Of a stretch of DNA of 64,000 nucleotides, positions 1 to 9,518 are shown one piece after another; position 1 is the first letter of the stretch, and every line of letters starts with the position of its first letter. A program made the translations under genes and the position numbers. The notes under the pieces were generated by a model. That model did not search any database. It saw nothing but the letters and a program-made list of their open reading frames with translations, and was not told the DNA's origin. This stretch comes from Promethearchaeota archaeon (lineage in GTDB: Archaea > Asgardarchaeota > Thorarchaeia > Thorarchaeales > Thorarchaeaceae), in assembly GCA_048939765.1 (NCBI GenBank), contig JBHLPF010000011.1:14896-78895 (forward strand), given 5' to 3'.

Positions 1-201
1 GTATGAGCTTTCTAGTAGGCTTGGATATACTAGGTAGTACTTGGCAATGACAAAAACAGCAGCTCCAATTATCAGCAGTATCGTTAGAGGAACAAACCAA
101 TCTGGGACGAAGAAGTAGGCCAATGCCATTGCAACCGGCACTAGAAGGAGTTCGTCTAATGTAATTACGATGAACTTGACTCTAGGTGAAAGTGAAACCA
201 T
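1..201 (-). CDS. Membrane protein, N-terminal part (runs off window edge); possibly NfeD-like
   Basis: Manual translation from ATG at 201: MVSLSPRVKFIVITLDELLLVPVAMALAYFFVPDWFVPLTILLIIGAVFVIAKYYLVYPSLLESSY, two hydrophobic helices, open to position 1. Confidence 0.55.
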   Translation of the reverse strand, partial: MVSLSPRVKFIVITLDELLLVPVAMALAYFFVPDWFVPLTILLIIGAAVFVIAKYYLVYPSLLESSY

Positions 202-283
202 TCTTCTCTGCAGCCACCTTCTTTCGGGCTGTAATTCTGTTTCTAGGCTCAAAAGCCTTTGCTTGAATTATGACTCTCGAAAG

Positions 284-318
284 AAGAAAGGGGAGGGATA
301 GACCCTCCTACTTTCTTT
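284..318 (-). terminator. Inverted repeat hairpin followed by U-rich tract, directly after the MFS gene stop
   Basis: AAGAAAG-GGGAGGG-ATAGA-CCCTCCC-TA-CTTTCTT; on the minus strand the stem is followed by TTTCTTCTTT. Confidence 0.55.
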
Positions 319-1672
319 ATGCTGCCAATTCAGATACCTGTTCATCACCAACTTCGCCAGTTTTAATGGCCAGTGTCAGTATAAGGGCGATGATAAGAAA
401 TCCAATCGAAACCGGAAATAGGAGGGCGACTGAGGTGAGGTCGAATACTACACCGGTGATGACTGGTCCTAGGATTGCAGCACTCATGCTGAATGCATAA
501 TACATCCCAGTGCCTGCGCCAAGTCTGGACTTCCCAACCAGTTCCCATACAATAACGATTGAGTTGACATTGATCATTGCCCAGAAGAAACCTCCAATCC
601 CCAGAAGAGCAAATAGTGTCCAATAGTCAGTCATGAAGGTAGCGAGGGTAAGTATTGCTATGAGGCCCACCAGTCCTGCAAGGATCGTGTTCCTTCGACC
701 TAGACGACCAGCCATGAATCCAGCTGGGACTGCAAAAAGCACAAACGTAAGTGAAAATGCTGTCATGAGAAATGTGGCTTGATTTGTTTCGAAGGAAAGA
801 ATCAGGTTCCCATAGGTAGTGAACCAAGTTTCGAGTGCATTGAATCCTAAGAACCAGAACATGATTGCACCTAGAACGGCGAGTGCGGATTTATCAGACA
901 TTGATGCTGCCTGTCGGAATGCTTCGATTATGCCAATCTCCTTGGGCTCCTGAAGGTCCACCGGTGGCACCTCTGGTTCTTTCACAACCAAGAATAGAAT
1001 TGCCACTGAAACCAACATGATTGCTGAAGTTGTCATGAAAGCGAGCACTGGGCCAGCCTGCGCGGCTGACACCCCCAGTATTCCTCCGATTGCCGCGTCG
1101 TCTATACCATAGAGCCATGGAGATACCCCAAAGGCATAGATTGCTCCAATGCCCCCCATGAGATTGATGACGCCATTCGCCTTGGAACGTTGTTCTGATG
1201 AAACGACATCGGGCATCAACGCCACAACGGGACCTCGATAGAATGCCATTGCTATATTGAATATCGTGATCATAGCTAGCATGAACCAGAAACCGAAGAG
1301 CGCCCAGCCATATGCGATGAGGGTGAAGAACAGAGCTGCGATTGGAGTTCCAATCATTATGTAGGGCATTCGTCGCCCCCACTTCGTGCGTGTCTTGTCC
1401 GACCTTGCGGATATGTAGGGTTGCATGACAAAAGCAAACACATTGTCAAGGACCATTATCGCTCCGACAATAGTACTGACTACAGCTTCATACCCCATGC
1501 CGATGATGAACGGACGTAGGAAGTCTGGTGGAAGATAGCTGTTGTATACACTCCAGCTTACTCCTGTTGTGAAGAATCCCAAGCCAATCACAAAGACATA
1601 GAGCCACCGCATTGGAGCAGGTTCTGCCTGTACAGGTTCGTCGTGCGTTCGAATATCTTCATCCTCTGACAT
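317..1672 (-). CDS. MFS transporter (GPH/SLC45/MalT-like sugar transporter)
   Basis: 12 hydrophobic helices; SDKTRTKWGRRMPYI loop motif; ALMPDVV..EQRSKANGVINLMG; start moved to MSEDED at 1672 after a GGAG-rich RBS. Confidence 0.9.
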   Translation of the reverse strand: MSEDEDIRTHDEPVQAEPAPMRWLYVFVIGLGFFTTGVSWSVYNSYLPPDFLRPFIIGMGYEAVVSTIVGAIMVLDNVFAFVMQPYISARSDKTRTKWGRRMPYIMIGTPIAALFFTLIAYGWALFGFWFMLAMITIFNIAMAFYRGPVVALMPDVVSSEQRSKANGVINLMGGIGAIYAFGVSPWLYGIDDAAIGGILGVSAAQAGPVLAFMTTSAIMLVSVAILFLVVKEPEVPPVDLQEPKEIGIIEAFRQAASMSDKSALAVLGAIMFWFLGFNALETWFTTYGNLILSFETNQATFLMTAFSLTFVLFAVPAGFMAGRLGRRNTILAGLVGLIAILTLATFMTDYWTLFALLGIGGFFWAMINVNSIVIVWELVGKSRLGAGTGMYYAFSMSAAILGPVITGVVFDLTSVALLFPVSIGFLIIALILTLAIKTGEVGDEQVSELAA

Positions 1673-1862
1673 ACTTCTCTCTCCTTCAATATGATTTTGG
1701 CAACAGATGCTGGGAGAACCACTATTAGAAGTATACGGAGGGGTGACCTCAAGCCGAAACAATAGGTCACGAAAGAAGCTAGATTAAAGCCAAATGATTA
1801 CTCCGGTGAAACAACAGCTTGATAACAAGAAGAGATTGAAGAAACCAAACGGAGGATCCTCG

Positions 1863-2699
1863 TTGGAAATAAGAGAGATGCAGTCATCTGACATCGATTT
1901 CGCCCTCAGCCTAACTGAAGAAGAGGGCTGGTCAAGCATAAGGAGCGACTTTGAGGAGCTTCGTCTCTTTGATCAGCATGGATGCTTCATTGTGGAAGAG
2001 GATGGCATCTCAATAGGCATGGCCTGTGCGCTCTCTTATGGGCCATTTGGTACTCTCGGCAATCTGATACTCGTCCGAGAGTATCGAGGAAGAGGTTATG
2101 GAACCAAGCTCATGGAGCATGGAATGGAATATCTCAAAAACAAGGGCGTTGGATTCACAATGCTTGATGCAGTACCGAAGGCGGTCCCGCTCTACGAGAG
2201 GTTAGGATTTAGGAAGGTTTGTCGCTCCCTTAGGCTTCGCGGTCGTGTCGAACCGGTTGTATCGGCCAGAGTCAGAACGCTAGAAGACAAGGATATGCTC
2301 AAGGTTCTTTCTATCGATCGTGAACAGTTTGGTGCGAATAGGTTTCTATTCCTGGGAAGTACCTTATCAGCGAATCCCAATCTAGGGAGATTGCTTGAGG
2401 TAGATGGTCAAATTGCAGGATTTTTGTTGGGAAGTAGGCGTCGTGGGTTTGTACGCCTTGCACCATGGGTCATGTGTAGTCACTTTGAATTGGCAAAGTC
2501 CATTCTGAAAGACTTCGCAGTTCAAGTAGGAGGCGCGGAGATTAGAACAGGCGTTCTTGAAACAAGTAGAAAAGCCATAGCAGCCCTCAAGGAGTCAGGA
2601 CTCTATCAAGAGAGCTTCTCATGGAGAATGGTCCACGGAAAGGACAGAATAGAATTCTCTGACGGCCTCTTCGCGATTGGCTCCCCTATGAGGGGCTAG
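1863..2699 (+). CDS. GNAT N-acetyltransferase with second degenerate GNAT (YitH-like) domain
   Basis: Acetyl-CoA motif A VREYRGRGYGTKLM and AVPLYERLGF; TTG start after GGAGG. Confidence 0.85.
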   Translation: MEIREMQSSDIDFALSLTEEEGWSSIRSDFEELRLFDQHGCFIVEEDGISIGMACALSYGPFGTLGNLILVREYRGRGYGTKLMEHGMEYLKNKGVGFTMLDAVPKAVPLYERLGFRKVCRSLRLRGRVEPVVSARVRTLEDKDMLKVLSIDREQFGANRFLFLGSTLSANPNLGRLLEVDGQIAGFLLGSRRRGFVRLAPWVMCSHFELAKSILKDFAVQVGGAEIRTGVLETSRKAIAALKESGLYQESFSWRMVHGKDRIEFSDGLFAIGSPMRG

Positions 2700-3870
2700 G
2701 CCTTCTTCTGCGTCTCTGGCGTATTTGCTCAATTCTGCTTCCGAAATCAACTCTTGCTATTCTCTCAGCCATTATTGGCGAAATTATGAGAATCACAATA
2801 GCAAAGGACCATATTACCAATACGTCAATAATGAGGTATGTATAGGTCCCTTGCACAAACATCTCTATTGCACTGCGGTAAACATTGGAGAATGGGGCGT
2901 ACTCGTTGAGCACTCCAAATCCCATTCCAACCAGTGAAAGTGGGGCGATACCGCCACCTACTATCCAATAGAACAGAGCACCCAAAGCACAGAGTGGCAC
3001 AACATAAACAGAATTTCTTGCCAGGGCTCCGATGATCACACCCAGTCCTGCTGAGTAAAGAGCAAGGGGTAGCGTCAGTGCAAAGAATGTAAGTACATTT
3101 CCCTGTGGCCAGAGCCCATAGAAACCCCATCCCATAAGCAGTACCGCCGGGACGGAGATATAGCTCAGAATGACTCCACTAAGCATCTTCCCCATGAGAA
3201 CTGTGTGAACTGATTGATTGGACATCAATATCTCGTCCAGGGTGTCTTGCTCGAACTCGTGCGTTGTTGCGGAGGCTGACAGGAATAGCCCGCCAAAAGA
3301 GATACCAAAGATTATGACGGTCCAAGCCATGTAGGCCAACCTAGGAGGAGTAAACTCGTTCAGCAACTCGACGTCGAAGTTGGCAACTGCGGCGTCAGGC
3401 AGGTAGGTCTGGTAAAAGATGTCCAGCTTGCGTATCACAGGCATTCGCAGATTCTTTGTCATGTCCTCATGTGCATTATTGACCTGAACGTGGATGCTGG
3501 TGGAAACGTTGTTCATGATTGCTTGCTCGAACCCGTCAGGAATTGTAATGACAATGAGGATTTCACCGTTCTCAAACAGAACTTCAGCGGTTTCCGCATT
3601 CATCTCAATGAGTTTCAGGCTTGGTGGAATTGAATCGTGCTCTCCGAGTATTTGCACAAGTCCATTGGTATAGACTCCAGGATTCTGCTCCTCTATGACA
3701 AGAGCAGTCTCAATACCAGGACCCGCATACACACCTCCCATGAGAAGCACAAAGGCAGAATAATAGAGAAGAGGGAACATGACGACGAAGCCAAGTCGCC
3801 TCTTATTGCGAAGCCACACCTTCAGTTCCTTTATGACTCCCGCACGAAAGATTCTGAAAAACCCCCTCAT
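2686..3870 (-). CDS. ABC-2 type exporter permease
   Basis: KELKVWLRNKR N-terminus, extracellular domain, six TMs, HEFEQDTLDEILMS motif; ATGA overlap with upstream permease. Confidence 0.9.
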   Translation of the reverse strand: MRGFFRIFRAGVIKELKVWLRNKRRLGFVVMFPLLYYSAFVLLMGGVYAGPGIETALVIEEQNPGVYTNGLVQILGEHDSIPPSLKLIEMNAETAEVLFENGEILIVITIPDGFEQAIMNNVSTSIHVQVNNAHEDMTKNLRMPVIRKLDIFYQTYLPDAAVANFDVELLNEFTPPRLAYMAWTVIIFGISFGGLFLSASATTHEFEQDTLDEILMSNQSVHTVLMGKMLSGVILSYISVPAVLLMGWGFYGLWPQGNVLTFFALTLPLALYSAGLGVIIGALARNSVYVVPLCALGALFYWIVGGGIAPLSLVGMGFGVLNEYAPFSNVYRSAIEMFVQGTYTYLIIDVLVIWSFAIVILIISPIMAERIARVDFGSRIEQIRQRRRRRPSPS

Positions 3871-5000
3871 GAACGCTCGACCTCCCGTTTCATCAATTGT
3901 GCAGCGACCATTGACAGAACAATCCAGACTGACAAGAGGGCCACAAATCCGGGTAGTAGACCAGATATCGTGTCCAGAAAGAAGACCCGAGTCCACATAC
4001 CTATGGAATGAGTCGTTGGTAGTAGCATAGCAAGCACTCTCAGCTCTGCAGGCATGAGGCCAATTGGAGCGAGACCACCACCTGCCAGAAAACCAAACAC
4101 AGCAAAGAGAACCGAGAAGAGAATAGCCTGTTCCTTCTGTTTTGTTCTGATGCCAATCAGTTCTCCCACTGGAACCAATGCCAGGAGCGTGAGAAGCAGG
4201 ATTAATCCAAGCACAAACACATTTCCAACTGGTAGAGTGCCCGTACCCAACAAGAGTATAGGGATTGTGATGATCATTACTACTAGAGAACGAGGAATTG
4301 CAGCAATGGTGTGTCCAATAATTATGGACATCCTGCTGGCAGGCGAGTTCATTGTGTCATAGATGGCCTGTGTTTCGAAGTCAGCAGCGGTAGCCATTGC
4401 TTGACCAGCAACAGAGCAGACAATCATTGAGAGAATGATGCCTACTGCGAACATATATGCGGTATTTGATGGGGTTTCTGTGTGATTCAGTGTTTCCTCT
4501 AGGGCAACTCGTGCATCTGACTGATCGAAGTCTGGATACACCGCCAGCTGGTTGTAGAGAAGCACACCTGCCTCTATCCTATGGACATAGTTCTTCACGA
4601 TGTCGTCATTTAGGTTGGCGATGTAAATCACAATGGTGGCTTTCGCTCCAGATGTGACATTTGCGCTGAAGCCCTCTGGTATCAGGATATAGGCTATCAG
4701 GCTGCCACTCCGAAACAGCTGTGATGCAGAATCCGAATCGTATCTTGTCATCCTGAACCAGGGGAAATTCGTTGTGGAAACCATGTTCTCTAGAATCTCA
4801 GCCATTTCATCAGCCTGAGATGATTGATCCTCCACCACAAGACCACATACAAAAGACTCACCGCCTCCAACCTGCGCCCACATGATTGTATACACGAGCG
4901 CTAATACAAACGGGACGATTAGACTTGGAGCAATGAAACGGGGATCCCGCCTAGCCTGCTTGAGGTCCTTCTTTGCCACTGCAAGTATCTCACGTAGCAT
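3867..5000 (-). CDS. ABC-2 type exporter permease
   Basis: AVAKKDLKQARRDPR N-terminus, ILIPEGFS, six TMs; paralog of neighbouring permease. Confidence 0.9.
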   Translation of the reverse strand: MLREILAVAKKDLKQARRDPRFIAPSLIVPFVLALVYTIMWAQVGGGESFVCGLVVEDQSSQADEMAEILENMVSTTNFPWFRMTRYDSDSASQLFRSGSLIAYILIPEGFSANVTSGAKATIVIYIANLNDDIVKNYVHRIEAGVLLYNQLAVYPDFDQSDARVALEETLNHTETPSNTAYMFAVGIILSMIVCSVAGQAMATAADFETQAIYDTMNSPASRMSIIIGHTIAAIPRSLVVMIITIPILLLGTGTLPVGNVFVLGLILLLTLLALVPVGELIGIRTKQKEQAILFSVLFAVFGFLAGGGLAPIGLMPAELRVLAMLLPTTHSIGMWTRVFFLDTISGLLPGFVALLSVWIVLSMVAAQLMKREVERS

Positions 5001-5002
5001 GT

Positions 5003-5977
5003 CTAGTCCCTCAGCTTTGAACCTGTGATGGTGAGGAAGACATCCCCTAGAGATGGTTCTCTTAGCGCAGCCTGTTTAACCTTCAGACCTAGCTCTGTCA
5101 GTTTCTCAATGACGCGTGGGAGGTCCGCGTGACCGACCTGACTCTTGATCCATGCAGTCCTTGGACCGCCGTCTAGAGGCTTGCTTAGTTTCTCAGCTTC
5201 CATTCCCAACTGCTCACCAAGCCATGTTGCATCGCTATCTGGTTCTAGACCTTCGAGCAAGACCTCAATCAGATAGTTGCCCACATATTCGCGCTTCAGC
5301 TGATCAGGTGTTCCCTCTGCAACCAGTTTCCCATTGTCAATTACGACGACACGATCTGCAAGCGCTTCGGCCTCGTCCATATAGTTGGTGCAGAAGAGGA
5401 CTGTTAGACCCTCTTCGCGCATCCTTCTGACCTGATTCCAAATCAGATTCCGACTGTGCACGTCTACCCCCAGTGACATCTCATCGAGTATCAATAGCTC
5501 TGAGTCATGAAGAATGGTACGAACAAGTGCAAGTCTGCGCTTCATGCCCCCCGAGTATGTCTTGATGAGGTCATTCCTTCTGTGAGTCAGACCAGCAAGG
5601 TCGAGCATCTTGGACACACGGTCAGACACCTCATCCTTGGGAACGCCATAGAGGTCTGCATGATACTCTAATGCTTCTTGAGCAGTAAGGTCATTATAGA
5701 GAGATGTTTCCTGCGGCATGAAACCAATACGCCTTCGGACTTCAGTGAGATTCTCTGAAACCTCGAATCCAGCAACCTTGATACTACCTGATGTTGGACG
5801 TAGAATCCCCGTGATCATCTTCACGGTTGTAGATTTTCCTGCACCATTAGGACCCAGTAGACCTACCACCTCACCGCGCTCAACTGAGAACGAGAGGTTG
5901 TCGAGGGCTTTCGTATTTCCACTGTAGATATGGGAGAGGTCAGAGATTTCTATCATCGAATCCAGACTAACCACCAT
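5003..5977 (-). CDS. ABC exporter ATP-binding subunit (DrrA-like, C-terminal DUF4162-like)
   Basis: Walker A GPNGAGKST, signature YSGGMKRR, Walker B LILDE, C-terminal EPSLGDVFL; start uncertain (5986/5977/5956). Confidence 0.93.
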   Translation of the reverse strand: MVVSLDSMIEISDLSHIYSGNTKALDNLSFSVERGEVVGLLGPNGAGKSTTVKMITGILRPTSGSIKVAGFEVSENLTEVRRRIGFMPQETSLYNDLTAQEALEYHADLYGVPKDEVSDRVSKMLDLAGLTHRRNDLIKTYSGGMKRRLALVRTILHDSELLILDEMSLGVDVHSRNLIWNQVRRMREEGLTVLFCTNYMDEAEALADRVVVIDNGKLVAEGTPDQLKREYVGNYLIEVLLEGLEPDSDATWLGEQLGMEAEKLSKPLDGGPRTAWIKSQVGHADLPRVIEKLTELGLKVKQAALREPSLGDVFLTITGSKLRD

Positions 5978-6010
5978 TAGATACATGCGGTCACAACGAT
6001 ATGAAATTCG

Positions 6011-6029
6011 TGTCACCAGAGGAGTTACA
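6011..6029. promoter_or_regulatory. Putative TrmB-family operator at the ABC operon promoter
   Basis: TGTCAC-N7-GTTACA, a near copy of the perfect palindrome at 6365. Confidence 0.5.
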
Positions 6030-6076
6030 GCGAGTGATTCATATTTAGCAGCTGTATTCATTCTCATGATGTAAGA

Positions 6077-6358
6077 TTGAAGCTGCAATTTCTCCTTCAG
6101 CCTAGAGTATGGGCAGTTCTGAAAGAACTCAGCTGGGGGGACCGGTTCGAGAGTGATCTTCAGGTAAGGATGGATGAGGCAAATGGAGAGCCTGAAAGCC
6201 TCACTGAGATAAAAGACCGACTTCTTGAGATGGGCCTAATCTATCAACTAAAAGGTGGAGAGGGTAGTCCCTATCTTGCATTGACCTATAAAGGTCAAGA
6301 GATTGTGGGTCGACTCATTGAAACCGCGGAGATTCTTGAATCAGATAACAAATCATAG
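6077..6358 (+). CDS. Small winged-helix protein
   Basis: RLLEMGLI...YLALTYKGQEIV is a typical wHTH wing motif. Confidence 0.65.
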   Translation: MKLQFLLQPRVWAVLKELSWGDRFESDLQVRMDEANGEPESLTEIKDRLLEMGLIYQLKGGEGSPYLALTYKGQEIVGRLIETAEILESDNKS

Positions 6359-6364
6359 ACTAAC

Positions 6365-6383
6365 TGTCACCTCAAAAGTGACA
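6365..6383. promoter_or_regulatory. Putative TrmB-family operator upstream of the trmB-like gene
   Basis: Perfect palindrome TGTCAC-CTCAAAA-GTGACA. Confidence 0.55.
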
Positions 6384-6416
6384 AGGGATTGAAAAGACTC
6401 AGAGCTACTAGATTCT

Positions 6417-7256
6417 TTGGGTGCAGTATTGTCAGATGATGCAATCGTATCCGATATGATGAGTCTTGGTTTACATCTCAATGAGGCAAAGGCATACAAA
6501 GCTCTCGTCACATTGGGTCAGGGAACAGCTAGAAGGGTTGCAGACATCTCAGAAGTCCCCCGAAGCAAGGTGTATGATGTCTTGTATTCTCTCGAAGATC
6601 GAGGTCTTGTTCGGAAGGTCTTGGGCAGTGATCCCGCTGAGTTTAGGGCGTATCCTCCTAAGGAAGCAATTCCATTTCTTCTTGAGAAGATACAGCAATC
6701 AGGTGTGGTCGTCCAGACTGCACTAGAGAAACTTGAGAATGAAAGAGAGTTGGAGAAGAGAGAATATGTTTACACTGTAGAGGGTGAAGATCAAATCAAA
6801 ATGGAGATGCGAGGGATAATTAATGATGCGAAGGAAGAAGTCTTCATAGCTACACTTGACCCTAAAGTCCTGAGTGCAGCACGACCTTCACTAGCCAGTG
6901 CAAAAAAGCGAGGCATTGACATAAAGCTAGTCACATCAAAGTCATTCATGGATAAATGGCCCGAATTCGCACATTATGCGAGCATGATGGATGTTGGTGG
7001 GATGAGTCCTCCAGATCTGGTTGAGCAGCTTAGCAAAGTCGTGCAAGATGACTCTATCCTTGATGCATGGAATCCAACTCAGATGGGAATCATCATTGCT
7101 GATAACACAGACAGTATTGGAATGTTTGGAAGCCATCCGGACCAGGCCAAACCCTGGGCACTGATAGTGCGGGTTCCTCTAATTGCAATTCTACAGCGTC
7201 AGGTGATATCTGCAGTCCTATCACAGGTATTGCGCGTGTTTGATGGAGAAATCTAG
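6417..7256 (+). CDS. trmB: TrmB family transcriptional regulator
   Basis: LGLHLNEAKAYKAL..G.GTARRVADISEVPRSKVYDVLYSLEDRGLV HTH, plus C-terminal effector domain (INDAKEEVFI, AKKRGIDIKLV). Confidence 0.92.
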   Translation: MGAVLSDDAIVSDMMSLGLHLNEAKAYKALVTLGQGTARRVADISEVPRSKVYDVLYSLEDRGLVRKVLGSDPAEFRAYPPKEAIPFLLEKIQQSGVVVQTALEKLENERELEKREYVYTVEGEDQIKMEMRGIINDAKEEVFIATLDPKVLSAARPSLASAKKRGIDIKLVTSKSFMDKWPEFAHYASMMDVGGMSPPDLVEQLSKVVQDDSILDAWNPTQMGIIIADNTDSIGMFGSHPDQAKPWALIVRVPLIAILQRQVISAVLSQVLRVFDGEI

Positions 7257-7580
7257 AAACACTCATCCTAGGACAACATATCCTAGAATGTGCATGAGAT
7301 TAGATGGATAACTATGAGATACTTGACGATTTCTAGGGAATGAAGAGAATGAGAGCCAATGAGGTGAGCTAAGCACTCAGGTGGCTTCCCACATGAGCAC
7401 TTCCTAGAGTATTAGGGACGCAGGGTCAGCTGGTCAAGGGCGACGGTGCCGATAAGAGAGTGCTGAGCATGTATTAAGACCTTGTCAAGCTCTTTGCTCT
7501 AGGCGATATGAGGGGATTAGGATTCAGAAGAAAATGCGTGAGATCCCGCTTCAAAAAGGTTTGTGGAAGCTTCGAGTAGA

Positions 7581-7817
7581 CTAATCACAGGTGGCACAGA
7601 CATTCGTCTGAGTTTCTCCAACTCCTTCAATTTCTCTCAGTTTCTCAACGACATATATGCTCATGTCATCGTTCGTCTTGAAAGATGCCTTCACGATAAT
7701 ATCAAAGGCCCCAAATATGATGTAGGCCTCCTCGGTCCCATCAAGAGCCATAATTTCAGCCAAGACTTCCCTGTTGGTCATGCCTTCGACCTTTACCATG
7801 ATGAACGCTGTGATCAA
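7581..7817 (-). CDS. Lrp/AsnC stand-alone ligand-binding (RAM) domain protein
   Basis: AYIIFGAFDIIVK and LREIEGVGETQT motifs, no HTH. Confidence 0.85.
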   Translation of the reverse strand: MITAFIMVKVEGMTNREVLAEIMALDGTEEAYIIFGAFDIIVKASFKTNDDMSIYVVEKLREIEGVGETQTNVCATCD

Positions 7818-7883
7818 TGAATAGCACCTCTAGAGGAACTAGAGAACAAAAGGCGGACTCCTCTTATCCTTTGCGAAACGACA

Positions 7884-8258
7884 TCAAAGTCTGCGCATGA
7901 GCTGAACGGCTGCCTTTGAAAGGTCAATAAGTGTAAGCTCAGGAACAGAATCATGCGTGGCCCAAGCGATTAGCCAGATGCCCACCTCAACACGAGACAT
8001 AAGCAGATGCCCTTGGTCCTTGTCCGCGGCTGCGATGTATGATTCCTGGGTTGATGTGACTCTCTTATATTTGACTCCACCAATCTCTACACTCTCACTT
8101 GCTGAAGCAGGAGCATCAGTGAGGGCTGCTGCGGCTGGTACACAGTCCCAGTTACTTGTCTGCCAGATAATCTCGCCATTCTTCAGAATGGCAAATGCCT
8201 GGATCTTGGGATTGTGCGAGTAAAGCATATTCCATTCGTTGTCAATAGTCATATCCAT
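7884..8258 (-). CDS. Profilin-like protein (divergent paralog)
   Basis: AFAILKNGEIIWQTSNWD...GVKY...GHLL..IAWA aligns end to end with the adjacent profilin. Confidence 0.75.
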   Translation of the reverse strand: MDMTIDNEWNMLYSHNPKIQAFAILKNGEIIWQTSNWDCVPAAAALTDAPASASESVEIGGVKYKRVTSTQESYIAAADKDQGHLLMSRVEVGIWLIAWATHDSVPELTLIDLSKAAVQLMRRL

Positions 8259-8309
8259 TTCACAGTCACCAGAATATCAACATAAGTCGTTAAGAAGTAG
8301 TCGTTAGAG

Positions 8310-8336
8310 GGACTTGAGGGGGGAAACCCTCAGTCC
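8310..8336 (-). terminator. Strong hairpin 3' of profilin-1, between the two profilin genes
   Basis: GGAC-T-TGAGGG / CCCTCA-GTCC arms around a short purine loop on the plus strand. Confidence 0.45.
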
Positions 8337-8350
8337 ATCTAGGATTCCAG

Positions 8351-8731
8351 CTAGATCTTGCCCTTTAGGGATTTTGCAGCTCGGTCTACGTCCACATAGA
8401 TACCATCCGGAGCTGCTTCTGCTGCGGCCCAGGCAACCACAAATTTCTCACCTTCAATCTTGGCCAGAACAAGGGTTCCATTCCCCCCTACATTTCGAGC
8501 AACTAGACTGTCCGGTGTGGTTCTGATTGTGGAGTACTTGATTTGATTCTGTGTGACTGAGGCCGCACCAGAACTGACTGCTCTTCCGAGTTGAGCTGCG
8601 TCAGCTTGTAGGTCCCAGTTATTGCTTTGCCAGAGAACTTGTCCACTAGCTGTGATCACTCCGAATGCCTGAACCATCTTCCCACTACTATTGTATGCCT
8701 GTGTGTATGCATCCATGACTGGATCTGACAT
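8351..8731 (-). CDS. Asgard profilin
   Basis: AFGVITASGQVLWQSNNWDL, QIKYSTIRTT, RNVGGNGTLVL match the Asgard profilin pattern (QT.NW, GIKY, TN..GKG); 126 aa. Confidence 0.85.
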   Translation of the reverse strand: MSDPVMDAYTQAYNSSGKMVQAFGVITASGQVLWQSNNWDLQADAAQLGRAVSSGAASVTQNQIKYSTIRTTPDSLVARNVGGNGTLVLAKIEGEKFVVAWAAAEAAPDGIYVDVDRAAKSLKGKI

Positions 8732-8861
8732 GATCGTTCACCCCGTGTTTTGCACGGTCTCAAGATGGATGAGGAACTGATTCCATAAAAAGGAATTCTT
8801 GATAGCTCTCTCTCTTGGATATGGGTCACACTCATATGGAGAAATGATGCCACCGTGTCAC

Positions 8862-9173
8862 ATGGACAAGAGTGCGATCTGGAAAGCAGATAACGGGGTG
8901 TTTCTGAAGGTGGTTGTTAGACCGAAGTCCACTCAGAAGAAGCTGATTTCCAATGTCAATCCGGATGCTGTTGTTGTCAATCTAAAATCACCGGCCAGAG
9001 AAGGAAAGGCAAACGTGGAGCTGCTCAAGCGCATGTCCAAGGTGCTTGGTATCTCGACTGGAAACATCAAGTTGGTTTCGGGGCATAAGTCAAGAGAGAA
9101 GACATTGCTCATTACCGGATTGGAACTGGAGGCAGTCAGAGGAAAAGTTGCCGAGATTGCAGAAACAGACTGA
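8862..9173 (+). CDS. DUF167/YggU family protein
   Basis: VRPKS...KSPAREGKANVELLK and LVSGHKSREK motifs. Confidence 0.9.
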   Translation: MDKSAIWKADNGVFLKVVVRPKSTQKKLISNVNPDAVVVNLKSPAREGKANVELLKRMSKVLGISTGNIKLVSGHKSREKTLLITGLELEAVRGKVAEIAETD

Positions 9174-9296
9174 ATTCTAATGCAGTCACGCTTTGGTGCG
9201 AAATCTCATCTTGTCTTGTTGAATCCCGAGCGGCCGAAGTAAACTGAAACTGATACGAAGACACGCCACTTGAAAAACAAGAGGGTCCGTCAATAA

Positions 9297-9389
9297 TCAG
9301 GTGACCCTGCTTTGTTTCTCACTGCAAGTGCTACAGGTGTTCTAGTTCTCGTAGGAATTGTGACAAGACGCAAGGTAGAGGCAGACTGA
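9297..9389 (+). pseudogene. Orphan C-terminal membrane-anchor fragment
   Basis: Reads SGDPALFLTASATGVLVLVGIVTRRKVEAD-stop (hydrophobic stretch plus basic tail), but is preceded by an in-frame TAA at 9294. Confidence 0.3.
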
Positions 9390-9518
9390 AACAAGGCTAG
9401 AAGAAACCGCATTACTCGAGTTCACAAACGATAAATGACGGCGATTTCTTGAGTCGTTCTACCTATTTATCATAAACATATCTAGGAGTCTTTGATAACG
9501 CAAGACGGAGGCTAGCCA

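Noticed and set aside
1742-1770. GTGACCT...AGGTCAC inverted repeat upstream of the MFS gene as a third TrmB site
   Set aside because: Orientation and spacing differ from TGTCAC-N7-GTGACA; may be an operator but unsupported by a second copy
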